From Octopus bimaculoides (taxonomy: Eukaryota): a DNA stretch of 64,000 bases. Below, piece after piece: positions 49,481-62,451 of the stretch (positions are counted from its first letter, which is position 1; each line of letters starts with the position of its first letter). Location: the NCBI RefSeq assembly GCF_001194135.2, contig NC_068994.1:59895565-59959564 (forward strand). Direction: 5' to 3'. A program made the position numbers and the translations under genes. The notes below the pieces were generated by a model. The model was not told where the DNA came from, did no database searches, and saw only the letters and a program-made list of their open reading frames with translations.

Positions 49481-50829
49481 ATATTATTTACAATTTTTTT
49501 TTACCGATGATGCGGTTTCTCATGAAAACGATGCCTCCCACCATTTCGAAGGTGGTTGTGAAATAATAGATGGGCAAGATCCTCGTTAAAATGGAGTAGT
49601 TCCAATCTACCTGATCCGAAACTCCTTTCCCCACAAATTTCCTTATAATCGTAATCTATGCCGTTCGAAAGGTATTTGTATAAAATTTCACTAAAAGATG
49701 CAGGTAATTTGTTCAGTTTAGGGATTTTTAAAAAGTAAGTAAGGGGGAGATAACTAGTAAAGGGAAACAAACAAACAAACAAGCACACACGCACGCACAT
49801 TAGCTTTCCCTTCCCATTTCGTCAACTGACAGTTGACAAGACAACACGGGTTCGCGGAAATTACCGAGTTCTTTGTTGACAAAATTCTAGTCAAACCGAA
49901 AGATGGACCAAATGGCTGGCCTTGAGCCTTGCGTTATTATGACTGCCTAAAAGGAAATATTTGACGACTTACTGTTTTCATATTCAAACAGGACAGCATT
50001 AATTAATGCTGTATTTTTCGCTAGCTTTCCTCACATTTTACTAATTAATTATGCTGCAATTACTCTCATTTTACCAATTCAATTTATATCATATGTAACG
50101 GTCGTAAAGATCAACTTCTCAATTTGTAAGTAATTATTATGAAAGACGAGGAAATATATATTTCCCCCTTCAACATTATTATTGGTCATTTCCTATTTGC
50201 CGATGTTCGTAAAATCGAATTTGGGCAAAACTTCCAAATTCTCAATTTTACCAAAACTCTTGAAAATACCTCGAAACATTTTTCTCGCTCACTCTTTTCT
50301 CGCTGTTCTTCGTAGTGTGTTCCGCTTATGAAACGATTTACTGAAATAAACTTGTTGGATCACTATGGTTTCACGAACGTCAAATAGGAAATTAGCTTAT
50401 TGTTTATCTCATTATTGCAGCTTTAAAATAAATCCTTTTCAACTTACCGTATTCTTATTTATCGGTGCCCGATATTAAATCACAATTAATATTTCCATTT
50501 TCCACTGCTGTAAAAGTTATTCCCCTTTATACGATTCTCCCCCCCCCCCCTCCGATTCTCCACGAGATGGCTCTACTGACTGGCTAGATTTGCTTCACTG
50601 ATTTTCTTCATCCAATTCTCTCCATCTCAGTTTCTTCAATATTTTTTTCAAATTTTCAGTAATGTTAGGAAGGAGAGAATAAAGTCCTTAAATTTCCGAA
50701 GGATGGGGTGAGGAATTTCTAAAAATTCTCATATCGGTTCTGTTTCTTCACAAAATTTTCTATATATATGTATATATGCTTCAGATAGTGTAAGGTTTGG
50801 ATTATAAAGGAATTTGTTGGGGGCAAACA

Positions 50830-51596
50830 ATGTGATAAAATAATGAAAGAAAGGTTGTTGCAGTAACTGGTCCTGAAGTGTGACGGCAGTGTTGGGGTCT
50901 TCGGCACATTCTGGCATTTGTGTAGCTTGCAATGCCAAAATTTGGTACAATCCCTTCCAGATGTCTACTACTGCATCTCTCTCCCACCATCACTCCAGGG
51001 AGTAGAATCTTAGCTGTTTCGGCCTTTCTCAGTAGCTGAGCTGTTGCAATGAGACAATCTTCTTTGTGTAGCTTTACTGGACTGCTTCAGGGTCCACTCT
51101 TACACTGTGAGCTGACCACAATTAGGAGCTGTAGTCCAGGCGGCTGAGAACGACCGTCCTGGTTTCCTTCTCTGCGGTTCTGAAGGCTCTCAACATCCAG
51201 CCAGCCATCTACACCTTGTTGCTATCTTGTTAATGTGCACTTGGAAAGCGATATTGTCACGCACTGATTTAGGTTCTGGGATTGTAATCCCCCTTGGCCC
51301 AGTGTACTCTGTTTTTCATTCAATTTTGGGTGCTGATAGCACAGGGCTTGGAATTTTCCAGCATTAAACTGCATATCATTATCCTCAGCACATCTGCAAA
51401 TTGCGTCCGACCCCTGCTCCAGGCGTGCAGCATTGCTAAGGTTTTGTATTTTTTGTGAGACTTTTGTATCATCTGTGTAGCTAGCAAGGGTGGCTTTCCG
51501 GGCAGCTGAGGGCCATTATGAAAAGCAGTGGTCCCAAGACATTGCTCTGTGGAACACCACTCACTATTTGTATTCTCTTTGAGTTGGCTCCATTCA
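50830..51596 (-). mobile_element. CR1/L2-group LINE RT fragment (decayed)
   Basis: SGVPQSNVLGPLLFIM, ASYTDDTKV (YADD-like), MQFNAGKFQAL, SRLDYSS*LWS, LEGIVPNFGI; same family as 46925-47315. Confidence 0.85.
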
Positions 51597-51612
51597 TATA
51601 TATATATATATA

Positions 51613-52020
51613 TAGGAGCCAACCTTTCTGGAAGTGGTAAACTCCATTGAACAGATCTTTTCTGGTAAAGCACCTGGCAGTGATGTTATCTCTCCTGAAG
51701 TTTACAAACATGGTGAACAGAAGCTTTTTAAAAAACTGCATAAACATCTGGAAGGTAGGCCGTGTACCACAGGACTTCAAAGATGCCTCAATTCAACATC
51801 TATATAAGAACAAAAGCAACAGAAGTGTCTGTGATAGTCATCGTGGAATATTGCTTCTGTCTGTTGCTGGTGAGGTTCTTGTTCGACTCATTCTTGACAG
51901 GATCATCAAACATGTTGTAAATGATATCTATCCAGAATCACAGTGTGGATTTTACTCTGGTTGTGGCACTATCGATTTGATCTTTTCCCTCCGACAGGTC
52001 ATGGAGAAGCTACACGAGAA
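51613..52020 (+). mobile_element. RTE-clade LINE RT N-terminal fragment
   Basis: GKAPGSDVISPEVYK...VPQDFKDASIQHLYKNK...CDSHRGILLLSVAGEVLVRLIL.R...PESQCGF..GCGTIDLIFSLRQVMEK. Confidence 0.9.
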
Positions 52021-52769
52021 ATCACACATTACAAATACAATCTGTAAGTGGAACAGTAAAACTCTGCAAGACTTTCCTCAAATTTAAAATGTGACATTGT
52101 TTTCGTTATCTCCATTCCAATGATGGAGCTTTGCATTGTTGTTAGAAACCAGCTCCTTCTTCAGAGGAAGAATTTAAATGATTAAATACAGAAGAGAAAT
52201 ACATACAAAACTGGTTTATATATACTTATCCATGTGACTGTGTATGTGTTTGTGTGTGTGTGTATGCGTGCGATTATTTCTTTGCCTTATTGCGTCACAA
52301 TATTTGCTGTTTCAACTCCTTTTGATGAGGAAAACCGACGTTTTATTTTTTTGTCGATACGCATACACACACGCTCGTACACATACATATACAATCCTCC
52401 CCCCCCACACACATACTTTCTATTTTTCCTTTTTGTATCTGTCTACCTACCAATATAAGTATGTATCTTTCCACACACACGCATTTATATAACCCTGTTC
52501 TCTTGTGTAAATCTCCCGCCCTTTCAAACTGCTAATTGAATTGTTAACAAATGTCCTTGTTCACCTCGCGACCTTTGTTGCCAAGGCAACACCTGTTGCA
52601 CAGGTGTCACGAACCGCACTCCCCCCCCCCCCCCNNNNNNNNNNAAGAAACGTCGACGCAGCTGCTAGACCTGTTAGAAATAGCAGCTAAATCAACAGCA
52701 GGGTCACTTTCTACCTATTAAAAAAACACCTGAAAGATAATAGTGATTAATGAAGTTGTAGGAAACAGA

Positions 52770-54020
52770 TGTGATGGTCACGGCACCAATTCCTTTGTTG
52801 GACGGGTGGTTCTTTTTCTGAAAATCCAAGCTTATCCAGACTGACAGGCATTTACTTACAAAACCAAGTTCACCAATTATTATTGGTACCAATGTAAATT
52901 TGTGATCCAGATACAGAAGTTGGAGGTTTCAATTTTGTCCACAGTTATCTTCTTTTACTTCGATTTTCAAAGAGATATTCACATCAGCCGCACATCTGAC
53001 CTCTATGACTACATACTTTTCCTTGTCTGTCCCAAACAACAATACCCAGCCTGTTATGCTTACACTTGGCAGATGTTTCGATGGGGATGTTCCACCAGTA
53101 TTCCTTGTACTGATATTTGTGTACATCGTTCATCATTGTTTAACGTCCGCTTTCCATGCTAGCATGGGTTGGACGATTTGACTGAGGACTGGCGAACCAG
53201 ATGGCTACACCAGGCTCCAATCTGATCTGGCAGAGTTTCTACAGTTGGATGCTTTTCCTAACACCAACCACTCCGAGAGTGTAGTGGGTGCTTTTACGTG
53301 CCACTGGCACAAGGGCCAGTCAAGTGGTACTGGCAACGGCCACGCTCAAATGGTGTTTTTTACGTGCCATCTGCACAGGAGCCAGTCCAGTTCTTTTTTC
53401 CCCAAATGGCTGGGCAGCTGCTAATCACGTGAAATCTTCCACTGAAATATGGTATAATCCACATTTTTGATTGCATCTTGGAACTCCAAGGGCTTCACTG
53501 TGTCTTTTGTTGATTAGATATTTAGTAGCCATCTCCTGCTCTTGGATTGTCTTCGAAGTGTGATGTCATGTAATGGTCATGAGTTCAAGATAGTAACATG
53601 CCAATGTTACTATCTTCTTCAAGTCTTTGGGAAACATAACCATGTATGGTTTTTTTTTTCTTTCTTTTTTGGTATGCTGAGTGTTTCACCTTCAGGTCTT
53701 ATTTGAAGTTAAGATAATCTGGCTGATTTGGAGTTGTATGGGAGTTCATCAGGAAGAGAGTGCTTCCTGAGGGGATCATCTCCAACGTGTAGGATATTGG
53801 TTTTCTCCCTTTTTTTTCAGCACTAAGTTCATGTGTTTGTTTTTGTTGGTGTTGTTTAGCAAATGGTGCTTGAGAGACTGAGACCTTCGGAGGCCGTCTA
53901 CACTGATCTCAAGCCTCTACCTCTGTTATCTCTTCTTAGATAGAGCCTGTCGGTATCACTGAGTTTTAATGTCTATGGAGTGAATTTCTTCTACACACCA
54001 GTCAAGTATTCCAAATGTTG
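52770..54020 (-). mobile_element. Dong/R4-like RLE LINE: RT end, CCHC knuckle, RLE (decayed; split by a family B insertion)
   Basis: TFGILDWCVEEIHSIDIKT..DTDRLYL...GRGL; QEQEMATKYL...KCGL...ED.SHVISSCP; WWNIPI..KCKHNRLGIVVWD...IEV.C.ADVNI...VPIIIG.LG.V. Confidence 0.75.
53124..53392 (-). mobile_element. Family B copy inserted in the Dong/R4-like LINE
   Basis: gtttaacgtccgctttccatgctagcatgggttggacgatttgactgagg... Confidence 0.9.
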
Positions 54021-54853
54021 ATATTAGCACTGGTACTGCAAATGCATTGTGGCATATTCTCTTGTAAGAAAGTTCAGACTGTCGAATGCATGCATGCATT
54101 GATTCCCACAGTGTGTGTATGTCTGTCTGTTTGTCTCTCTCTCTCTTGGCTTGATGTTAAAGAGAACAGCACCAAAATAGTTCTGTCTTAGTGCTGTGAT
54201 ATGAACATGATTTTTGTAGTGGATGGATAGTATGGGGACCAAACCTTGAATGAATTTTTTAAAGTTGATGTCAACATCGTTCAGACAATGTTGTTGGAAT
54301 ATTTTCAACGTCATACAAATGATGGTGCTCACCGTGGTGTTAAGAGGAATAGAGTTAAGCTTCTCAAGCTGTCAACTCACTCTTGTTCTTTATTCAAAAT
54401 AGACACGGTCTTCTAGTCTCAGATTTAATAGATGATAAAGAGATAAATTTGAAATGAATTACAACCCTATGGCCCCACTATGCTCCAGGTGATTCTAAGA
54501 AATTGCAATCTATTCAGAGCCTCTTTGCTACAATAGCAACATGAATTTCTTGCATCTTCCTACTTTGTTAAAATATTTAAGAAAAATTATATTAATGTGT
54601 CCTACTTGTGAAAAAATTCTATATTTTGTGCAGCTGAAGATAGCCCTGCATTTAAATTGATGTAATGATTGCATTGTTCAATTAAATGGAGTTGCTTGAA
54701 ATGGTTGTACTTCATTACTACTTGATATCCTGTTGCTTATTTTGATTTTATATATATATATATAATTATCAAAGAAGTGAATGTTTTCACTGACTGACAT
54801 AATTTTCTTCAAAGGATTTTCTCTCTCTCTCTTTCTTTCTCTCTTTCCCTCTC

Positions 54854-54884
<31 letters not shown>

Positions 54885-54894
54885 NNNNNNNNNN

Positions 54895-54951
<57 letters not shown>

Positions 54952-56274
54952 TCTCTCTCTATATATATATGGGTATTGTAGTCTACCAAGTTTTTAATAA
55001 GTGTATATTTCACTAATTAAAAAAACTTATCTGCATGACAACTATATTGTATTTCGTCTAATAATGACATTTTTGATGAGAATACAAAAGGTGGAATAAA
55101 TTAACCTCGTTAATTGGGTGTTAATGTATGTATGAATTTCAGGTAAATTAACAGCAGGGTGGTTTCAATACTGTATAGCACTAGAGAATATATTGTTAGG
55201 TAACAATATATATATATATTTATAAATGTGAGATATATATATATATATATATATATTGAGAGAGAGAGAGAGAGAGAATTAGGGGAGGGAAAAAGACTGC
55301 AGCCTAACTTTTGGTGTAAGTGAAACAGATAAAGAGGGAGAAACACATATACAGAGATGGAAATATAAAAAAAACAGATAGTAACATGGTAGGTGGGGGT
55401 GGGGTATATGATATATCTGTAATGGACAGACTGACACAAAGATAGTTAGATGAGAGGTAACTGAGANNNNNNNNNNNAGAAAAAAATGAAAAGATTAAAA
55501 GATTACGTAAAAAGAAAAAAAGTGAGATTAATAGAGAGGGGTGAAAGAGAGTAATGGAAATACATAATTGAAAGTCAGGATATTTACTGACAAATAATGG
55601 AAGTGGTTTGAGGTCACATGAGAATAAGTAACGTGATCGATTGTAAGTGAATTTCTAGAGGTAGGTTAGTGCGTTAATAGATTGGTAGCCTTTGGTAAGA
55701 GCAGTCTATAAATAGTGAAGAAAGCTTATACACAATTAATGTGGAGAAAATAATGACTTTATTTCATCACCACTTTGTCTGTTATGAGGAAAGGTAAATA
55801 TGGTTGAACAGGGTTTTATTAAAACCAAACAAAAGCAAGGGACTTAACTCGAATTAAGAAGTAAAACTACGGAATTGGACTGATGTACCAGGGTCCTGTT
55901 TAATTGAAATTGGAAATGGACAATGCTAATGAGAGATTAGTAATATAAGAACAATTAATACAGATAAATTGTAATGGCATACAGACTGCACTTATGTAAA
56001 ACATTTGAATATCTAACAGTCACCACCTGGCTAATAAGGGCCAGAAAACAGCAAATTAGAAAATATATATATGTTGCCAGTAGATAACAGCTTTACCATT
56101 ATAAGTGTTGGTAATATATTTATAACTAATTAGTATAAATCTACAATGTAGTTTAGAATTGTGTGTGTGTGTGTGTATTTGGACAGGGCTGTCCATCAAC
56201 AGCAATGTGGCTCAGATATATGTGAAGCAGACATTTCATCTGTAAATCTGTGATCTTGCAACAGTTCCTTCTAA

Positions 56275-56310
<36 letters not shown>

Positions 56311-56454
56311 AAGTATGTTGATGGGTGAAGTTTTGTCAGTCAGTTCACTCAGCTCACGGTGTTTGTGTATGAAGCAACTGAACCTCTCCATACAAGTGAT
56401 GGCCTTCTGCACACAAATCTGTGTACATATCATCGTCATTGTCGTTGTCATCAC

Positions 56455-57200
56455 CACATAGCATCCATCTTCCATGATGGCATTGGGTTGGATGGTCTTG
56501 ACAGGAGCTGGCGAGACAGAGGACTCCACTGATTGCTTTGGCACAGTTTCTATGGCCGGATACTCTTCATAATGCCAACCACTTTACAGAGTGTGGACTG
56601 GGTGTCTTTTCCCTGGTACCAGCACCAGAAAGGTCACCGAGTCACTTGCAAGACAAAGATCCTGCAACCGAGAGGGGGGGGGGAGGGGGAGTGGTATTGA
56701 GGGAGGTGGTTTCATGCCAGGGGATGAGAGGTTAGACAGAAGGACAGGTGTTTGCTGTAGGGGAGATACATGGTTACCCCAGTCAGAGGAAGAGAGAAAG
56801 AACGAGTTGGCAAGAGAGAGAGAGTGGTGATGTGCCAGGGCACACTCTGAAGGTACAAGGGTGTGAATGTAAATGGAATGGTACATGAGTGGTGAGTTCA
56901 TGGGAATGCAGTGACAGGTAAGACCCAGGTATATAGTGAGGATGACAGGATAGCAACGATACAGTTGGTGGGTGGGTAGGAGTGGAGAGGGAGAGATAAG
57001 CAGAGGAGAAGATGAGTGGAAGAGACGTAGTTTGGTTTATTGGGGTAGGATGTGTGAATGAATGTTACATATGGGTTGAACACCACACTTTCAGAATTCA
57101 GTCTCACTGTGGTGGGTGGGTCTTCTCGAGAACCTCTTTATTGCCAGACAACGCAGTCTCTTGTCATCTCCTCAGTGAAGCCCCACCTCTTGAATGGGCC
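56455..57200 (-). mobile_element. Older RTE-derived 3' end, long-UTR variant
   Basis: Minus strand ggggcttcactgaggagatgacaagagac...gaggttctcgagaagacccaccc (ORF end), long UTR, family-B-like tail; homologous to 59668-60330. Confidence 0.65.
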
Positions 57201-57702
57201 CTCATTATTTTATGTTTTCTGGGTTGTTCCTCTGTCACAGCTGCACAACTCGTTTATTGTCATATAATAGACAAACAAGTTCATGTATGAAATTGATCTT
57301 TTTTCTACTTCAATTATTGCACGTTTTTCTCTTATAAAAATACACACATACAGGAGGAGTAAATTATATATATATATAATAGTACTTTGGATGTGGCTCC
57401 CGAGAAACAGTAAAAGTAATTACAACAGGTATTACTGCTAGTATATATATATATATATATATNNNNNNNNNNNNNNNNNNNNNNNNNNNNNNNNNNNNNN
57501 NNNNNNNNNNNNNNNNNNNNNNNNNNNNNNNNNNNNNNNNNNNNNNNNNNNNATATATACACTATACAGAGACACACATCTTCAAATATATTTTACTTTC
57601 CTGATTTCAGTCAACCAAAGTAACTGATCCGAATAATTTTTATCAGTCAACAAATTTTGACTTCTCCAAATATAGACTTTTCTGAGCCTGTGTAAGTTGA
57701 CA

Positions 57703-57755
57703 TCATCCTTTCAAATAAGAGGTTAGTCCCTTTCCTGATGGGTTCAGGCTCCGTT
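57703..57755 (-). CDS. Probable last coding exon (ERSLNPSGKGLTSYLKG*) of an unidentified gene
   Basis: 76-nt intron 57756-57831: GTAAGA donor, CTAAC branch, ttcattttacAG acceptor; phase 1 join. Confidence 0.55.
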
Positions 57756-57831
57756 CTGTAAAATGAAATTCTGAGTTAGGAACAAATACTAATTACTACT
57801 AAAAAACGATTAATAAATAATCTAGTCTTAC

Positions 57832-58567
57832 CTTTCTGCTGATCCCCTGTGGAAATATCTTGGGGCTGGATATGATGGCTAGGTAACTTTGTCTCCATAG
57901 TAACAGGGGAAGGAGAGCAAGCGGGAATACAGCTCGACTCTGTTGATGGAGTAATCGTAGGAGAAATCGAAAAGCAACTCTTTTTGCGAGGTGCAGCAGT
58001 AGCAACTGCTATTTGTAAAAGAGTTGACAAGTTGTTGAAAGTGTTTGAATCTTGCCTGAGGTTCGTTGCTTGTTTTTCAGGGTTCTCAAGACATTTGGCA
58101 GTGGGAATGTTTTGATCAGATCCTGTTGTTTGATGTAAAGATGATTTATGAATATTGTTGTCCCAGCTCAACATATGTGAAGTTGACGACACATTCTTAC
58201 AAACATCAACTGCCATGTTGATATTGTTGGGAAATATCTTTGGGGAAAGTTTAGTAATTGGTTGCGAATGGTGAATGGTTTTGGATAGTGTTTCTGGTGG
58301 TAAAGAACTTTGTCGGTCCTTGCTCTCATTTGAAACTGTGCCTGGGCTTTCAGTTTGCTGTGGGAGAGAAGATGTACCAGATTTCTGTGTCTTATTGACA
58401 TCAACAAGATTTGCTGAAGTTTGTGTTGAACTGTTAACATTGTTCTTGTTTTCCTGTTTCCCTGTTGGAGAACGGGCGAGAATTTTGATTTGCACAAGTT
58501 TTCTTGGTCCTTGCAATGGAGGTTTGAAATTTGCATCATCTTCCGGTCTATATCGAAACCTGAGCAT
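57832..58567 (-). CDS. Large exon encoding an S/T/P/Q/N-rich, probably disordered protein segment
   Basis: 245 open codons ending at AAAG|GTAAGA; candidate acceptors at 58559 (ctcag|g) and 58628 (ttctattcctacag|); no family recognised. Confidence 0.7.
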
Positions 58568-59319
58568 CGCAGAGGGTTAAGGAAAATACTTGAAACTTCC
58601 AATAATCCTAACTAGTGTCTTAAATGATCTGTAGGAATAGAAAATTAAACAGAATTTTAAAACTGAAATGTGAGAAATGTGTTAACGGTGTGTGAGAGAG
58701 AAATTGAAAGAAAAACTGGATGACTGAAATAAAAATAGACACAGGTGAATTGATGGGAATCAACAGAACAATATTGTAATGGAAAACACAATAGTAGAAA
58801 TACTAACTAAACCTGGGATCATTTATTGAGATTCATTAGACATAGAACCCTGTTTTGTAATTAAAAATAGACTCTAGCCATTCAACTCAATCCTATTATA
58901 TTGCTGGTATCTCTTATTTTGTGAACTTGTCTACATTAACATGAAACATACCGATAATTTTGGAAGAATTTCACTTCATAAGTCTGCAGTAAGCAGTTTC
59001 TATTATTTCCTGTTTGCAGAGTGATTTAAAAAAAAAAATAAATGATTTCTTAATTTAAAGTATGGTGTCTTTGCGCAAGGTTCTTACCCACACCGTACCC
59101 CCATGAGTTGTTTTATTTGTAGGATAACGACAATTCAAAATTATTCAAGCCTGTTTACCACACAAAGATCTCTGATGAGGGGCCTCAGCCTTAGCAGTTA
59201 ACTATGTGACATGAGATAAAATATTCTCTGACTTATATTGACTGAAATTATGAACAGGACTATCAGCACATCTCAATGAAAATCAAAACCCAGCCAATAT
59301 AAAATTACCAGCAGTCAAA

Positions 59320-59390
<71 letters not shown>

Positions 59391-59667
59391 TCATCACTGT
59401 TTTCACATATTTAAAACCATTCCTATGTACATTACTTGAATACACAACATAGCCTTTGCCTCTCAGACCTTTCACTCTTCATCCCAAAGGAGACAACTCA
59501 ATATTGACAACTTCTCAAGTTCCAAGTCAATATGGTTATGCTGTCATATTGAAGGTCCAATAATCACTGGTTCAATATAAGCTGTTGGTTTTGTTGTCTG
59601 ACAGTTTGAAAGCCATGCACAACCTCTAATCCATTATACCTTAAAGTTATTGTTGGTCATCATTTCT

Positions 59668-60067
59668 TTTCAGGAAGACATGGGATGAAGTTGTAAGGAT
59701 TGATCTGAGGATGTTGGGCCTCACAGAGGAGATGACAATGGACCAAGATGTTTGGTGATATGAGGTTCTTGAGAAGACCCACCCACTTCAGAGAAACTGA
59801 GTTCTGAAAGTGCTGTGTTCCACCTACATGTAACACTAAAAAATCCCCCCCCCAACAAACCATTTCCTCTTTCTCATACACTATGCTTATGCTTATCTCT
59901 CATTCCCCCCAATCCTGTTCCCACTGCATTCCCCACCCTACACTCTTTGCATTCATGTGAAGTCCCCTAATCCCTACTCATGTATCCTTGGCAATATTCT
60001 ACCATTTATATTCTGATCCCTGTACCTCGAGGGTATGCACAGCCACTTCACCATCATCCCTCTCTTG

Positions 60068-60110
<43 letters not shown>

Positions 60111-60330
60111 ATTCTTGACCACTTTCTCTCACTTGCTCTCTCCTTCTGATAGGGTGACCATGTATCTCCTCTACAGCAAGACACCTCTTTTTGCCACTCT
60201 GTCACACTCTTACCTCTCATCACCAGGCACAAGGTCACCTCCTCCAATGTCCCCCCCCCCCCCACCTCGCAAAAGATCTTTGTCTCGGGAGTTACTTGGT
60301 GGTTGTGCTATGTAAGGGCATCCAGTCTCA
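59668..60330 (+). mobile_element. Older RTE-derived 3' end, long-UTR variant
   Basis: RKTWDEVVRIDLRMLGLTEEMTMDQDVW*YEVLEKT (RTE ORF end), then a UTR matching 56455-57200. Confidence 0.7.
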
Positions 60331-60455
60331 GACGATTTTATATTCTATCCACTTTTATGTTTTACTCTCAGATTTTTGCATTTTTTTCCTTTTTTATACT
60401 TGTTTATCCTTGCATACATGCACAAACCACATATAGACATGCACAAATATACATC

Positions 60456-60495
<40 letters not shown>

Positions 60496-60506
60496 CAATA
60501 TATACA

Positions 60507-60542
<36 letters not shown>

Positions 60543-60919
60543 TGCAGTTTTGCCAGCACAGCCTCTTTTGAGTCTGATCATGGATGAGAAATAGTTTCCC
60601 TGTTGTTCAATATCTGAAATAAATTCCAGTGTTGTTATCAGCAAATGTTTCTTTTTAGTACAACAGAGAAAAACATGGCAAAGGAAACCAGAGTAAATAA
60701 GAAGCCATTTTACTCTCTGCTCAACAGAGAATCAATGTGGTTTTGCTTCTCTTTCAAGAAAAGCTTAACTAGTTTCATAAAGCAATTCATGTCATTGGTC
60801 TTCAATAATGTGTTGAGGTACACTGCATGGCACCTTGGGCAAGTGTCTTCCTCTATAGCCCTCGGCTGAGCACTGGTTTCTGAATGAATTTCAGAAATGG
60901 AATTTATATAAAAGTCTTT

Positions 60920-61220
60920 TGTAAATTGAGAAGACCCGGCAAGCCAAGTAAGATCGTTGCCAGTGCCCCTGGACTGGCTTGTGCGGGTGGCACATAAAAA
61001 ACACCATTTAGAGCGTGGCCGTTTTCATGCGGGTGACACGTAAAAGCACCCACTACACTCTTTGAGTGGTTGGCGTTAGGAAGGGCATCCAGCTGTAGAA
61101 ACTCTGCCAAATTAGATTGGAGCCTGGTGTTGCCATCCGGTTTCACCAGTCCTCAGTCAAATCGTCCAACCCATGCTAGCATGGAAAGCGGACGTTAAAC
61201 GATGATGATGATGATGATGA
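60920..61220 (+). mobile_element. Family B copy starting at the RTE ORF end
   Basis: ttgagaagacccggcaagccaagtaag (LEKTRQAK*), then UTR and (GAT)n tail. Confidence 0.9.
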
Positions 61221-61557
61221 TATATATATGTGTGTGTGTGTGTGTGTATGTTTGTCTCTCATCCCTTGAGAACCAGTGTAGGTTTGTTTATGTTCCCACA
61301 TTAAAATAAGTACCAGGCTTAGAATAATTACTGAGGATGGTTTGATTGATAAAAACATTCAAGGTGGCACTCCAGCATGGCCACTGTCAAATGACTAACA
61401 AAAATAAAAATATTAAAGAATCCTTGCAGGGGCTAACTTTCTTTCTCCTTATTGGACTGAATAAACAGGGTACCAGTCATGTACTGGGATTCATTTCTTT
61501 CTCTAATTCTTTCAGACTGTTTCTTTGTCTGTCTATCATGCACTCTCTCCCTCACTT

Positions 61558-61672
<115 letters not shown>

Positions 61673-61920
61673 TACATGGAATAGAAGAGCAACAACAACA
61701 AGACTGGTGAATGAGGTCAGTGCAGAGAATGAGAATTAGGTTGGTAGGTGTATGTGTGTATATATATATGTATGTGTGTGTGTGTGTGTGTGTCTGTGTT
61801 TTTGTGTGTTACCATGTTTGTGTGTTTGTGCACATATTTTAAAGAAGGGAGTAAGTTTGACAAACAGAGAAAGAGAGAGGGGAAAAGGATAGATAGATAG
61901 GGATTGAGACAGCGAGACAG

Positions 61921-61958
<38 letters not shown>

Positions 61959-62028
61959 ATAGACAGTAAAGAAACAGAATCAAGTTGACGGCATTTCTTA
62001 AACGTTCATAGAGAGAGAAAAAACTTAC

Positions 62029-62150
62029 CTTCATCTGCAAAATTGTGATAATGATGATGATAACAATAATAATAAAGATGCTGATGTGCATTAAGTGAAG
62101 TCGTAACAAGGCCCCAACACGTTGTTGTAATATCTGTACCACACTAGCTT
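62029..62150 (-). other. Candidate upstream exon ending in a strong donor (AAG|GTAAGT)
   Basis: Consensus donor at 62028; a short hydrophobic frame MHISIFIIIVIIIIITILQMK precedes it; 5' boundary unknown. Confidence 0.3.
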
Positions 62151-62288
62151 ATGTTGAGAAGACATTGATGACCGAGGTATACACAGCCGAACGACCATCA
62201 ACACTGTAGGACGTTGGTTGTATGAGGATAAACTTGTCTAACAATGACTGACAGTGGCAGAGTGGATGTGTATGGAGGTGGTGGTGGG

Positions 62289-62320
<32 letters not shown>

Positions 62321-62451
62321 CTGCTTGTACCAGGATTATTTTAGAGCTTACACCACCACCACCACCATTATTGCTGCTGCTGCACTGATGTTTATGCTTC
62401 GATTGTGACCTGTGTCAGCATGTTTTAAAAACTGTATTGGTTGTAGTTGTT

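Larger units (their letters stand above)
47391..49700. mobile_element. Foldback-like element: diverged inverted arms around a ~1-kb unique core
   Basis: 47391-47960 aligns by eye with the reverse complement of 48990-49700 once nested SINEs are removed. Confidence 0.6.

Noticed and set aside
49505-49690. Exon-like 62-codon frame with AG/GT borders on minus
   Set aside because: The same DNA is homologous to the non-coding inverted arm at 47391-47600, so it is repeat sequence
54024-54332. 102-aa minus ORF next to the Dong-like LINE
   Set aside because: No motif recognised and it runs through a microsatellite; left unassigned
59165-59235. CTGATGAGGGG...CAGTTAACT hammerhead-like remnant
   Set aside because: GAAA is missing; too degenerate to call
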